From: Octopus sinensis
Lineage: Eukaryota
Reading direction: 5' to 3'
NCBI RefSeq assembly: GCF_006345805.1
Contig: NC_042997.1
Location: 204,290,001 to 204,354,000 of the forward strand
DNA length: 64,000 bases
The notes beneath the pieces are model-generated. The model worked only from the letters and a program-made list of their open reading frames with translations. It did no database searches and was not told the origin of the DNA. This document shows, piece by piece, positions 63,105 to 64,000 of the stretch (position 1 is its first letter; each line of letters opens with the position of its first letter). A program made the translations under genes and the position numbers.

Positions 63105-64000
63105 ATAACCCAGTGTAGAACTCAATATGTGTATGTTACAGTGCACTTATAAACTATGTTTTTAGTGAGACAACGGTTATCCAAAGGACAGGAGGTTGGT
63201 TGTCTGAAGCTGCATAGGTTTGTAGGGGTGTTCTGGATGAGCTTGGGAAGGGATTGTTATTTAGTGACAAATCAGTGTTTGGTTAATTATTATAGTTGGA
63301 GTTAAGGCTATCAATTGTTAAGGGGTTGAGGGTGGCGTTGTTGGGTTGTATGGTATGATAATTATTGTGTCCGGTGGTATCCTCCATGGTAATCTCTATT
63401 ATGGCAGGAGGTGTATTTGGGTGTTGTGGTAAATTTAAGGGTCAGGTGTTACCAGCGGTACTATAGTTGTAGTTATGAGGATTTGTTTTGTTATGAGGGT
63501 CAGTTGGTGTATTGAGTTTATATGTATGGAACTGGGTGCTATGTTGAATAATTTACTAGGGTAGGGGTTAGCTGTTTGTGGGTTTCAAAGTTTCTTGCTG
63601 TTAAGATATCGGATAACTCTGGCAATGTTGGTGGAGGTGGTGGAGTAGGAGAATTTTATGGATTGGGGGGTTAAATATTTTGCTAAGGGGGTTAGATTTA
63701 GGGAAGAGTTTTGCAAGTAGGTGAAAAAGAATTTTGGGTACTGAAGTCTGGACGTTAAGGGCAAAGGTGATGTGGAACCACATGTCTCAAGTTCTAGTTC
63801 ATTTAATCTGATTGGTGAAAGCTACTTGGGCAGAGATAGGGTTTTGGAGGTTTATGTTGGTGTCTGTTTTGTGGGTTGTGGTGTATGTAGGATTAGTGGT
63901 TACTAGTAGGGGTTTGTTTGATAGGTCAATTGCTACTCCAATGTTTGGGTGGGCATTGGAGGGGTGGGGTAGGGGAAGCTTAGGTCTATCATATGTGGGT
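63105..64000 (-). mobile_element. Penelope-like element remnant (post-RT linker + start of GIY-YIG region)
   Basis: Minus strand WFHITFALNVQTSVPKILFHLLAKLFPKSNPLSKIFN resembles the PLE motif WFNPPFS.NV.T..F..HFP..H.L.KIFN. SCPLDNRCLTKNIVYKCTVT at 63135-63195 resembles the PLE CPL.G.CL...VVY motif. Confidence 0.75.

Overview
Eukaryotic (animal) genomic DNA, repeat-dense and AT-rich. The repeat repertoire (tRNA-derived SINEs with internal microsatellites, an RTE LINE with (GAT)n tails, abundant (TA)n/(CA)n) suggests an Octopus genome; this is an inference. Two spliced + strand genes are present. The first is the last five coding exons of peroxisomal acyl-CoA oxidase 3 (ACOX3; catalytic YEGDN motif, C-terminal SKL; 1844-21738). 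The second is an unrecognised gene whose four phase-compatible coding exons I reconstructed by hand (40121-60111, no stop seen). The rest is mostly mobile DNA: a frameshifted, 5'-truncated RTE LINE with a PHD-type zinc finger inside its RT region, dozens of 3'-UTR fragments of that LINE, several SINE families, non-autonomous Helitrons, Ginger-like TGT..ACA elements, hAT and Tc1/mariner remnants, a Dong/R4 LINE in a (TAA)n tract and Penelope-like remnants. The most interesting observations are several minimal type-I hammerhead-ribozyme motifs, the LINE-internal PHD finger, a tandem hairpin/pseudoknot module in the LINE 3' UTR, a branch-point minisatellite with a duplicated splice acceptor, a 15-bp repeat reading as a pentapeptide repeat, and an unexplained 2.3-kb hyper-AT island. 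No database searches were run; repeat boundaries are approximate.
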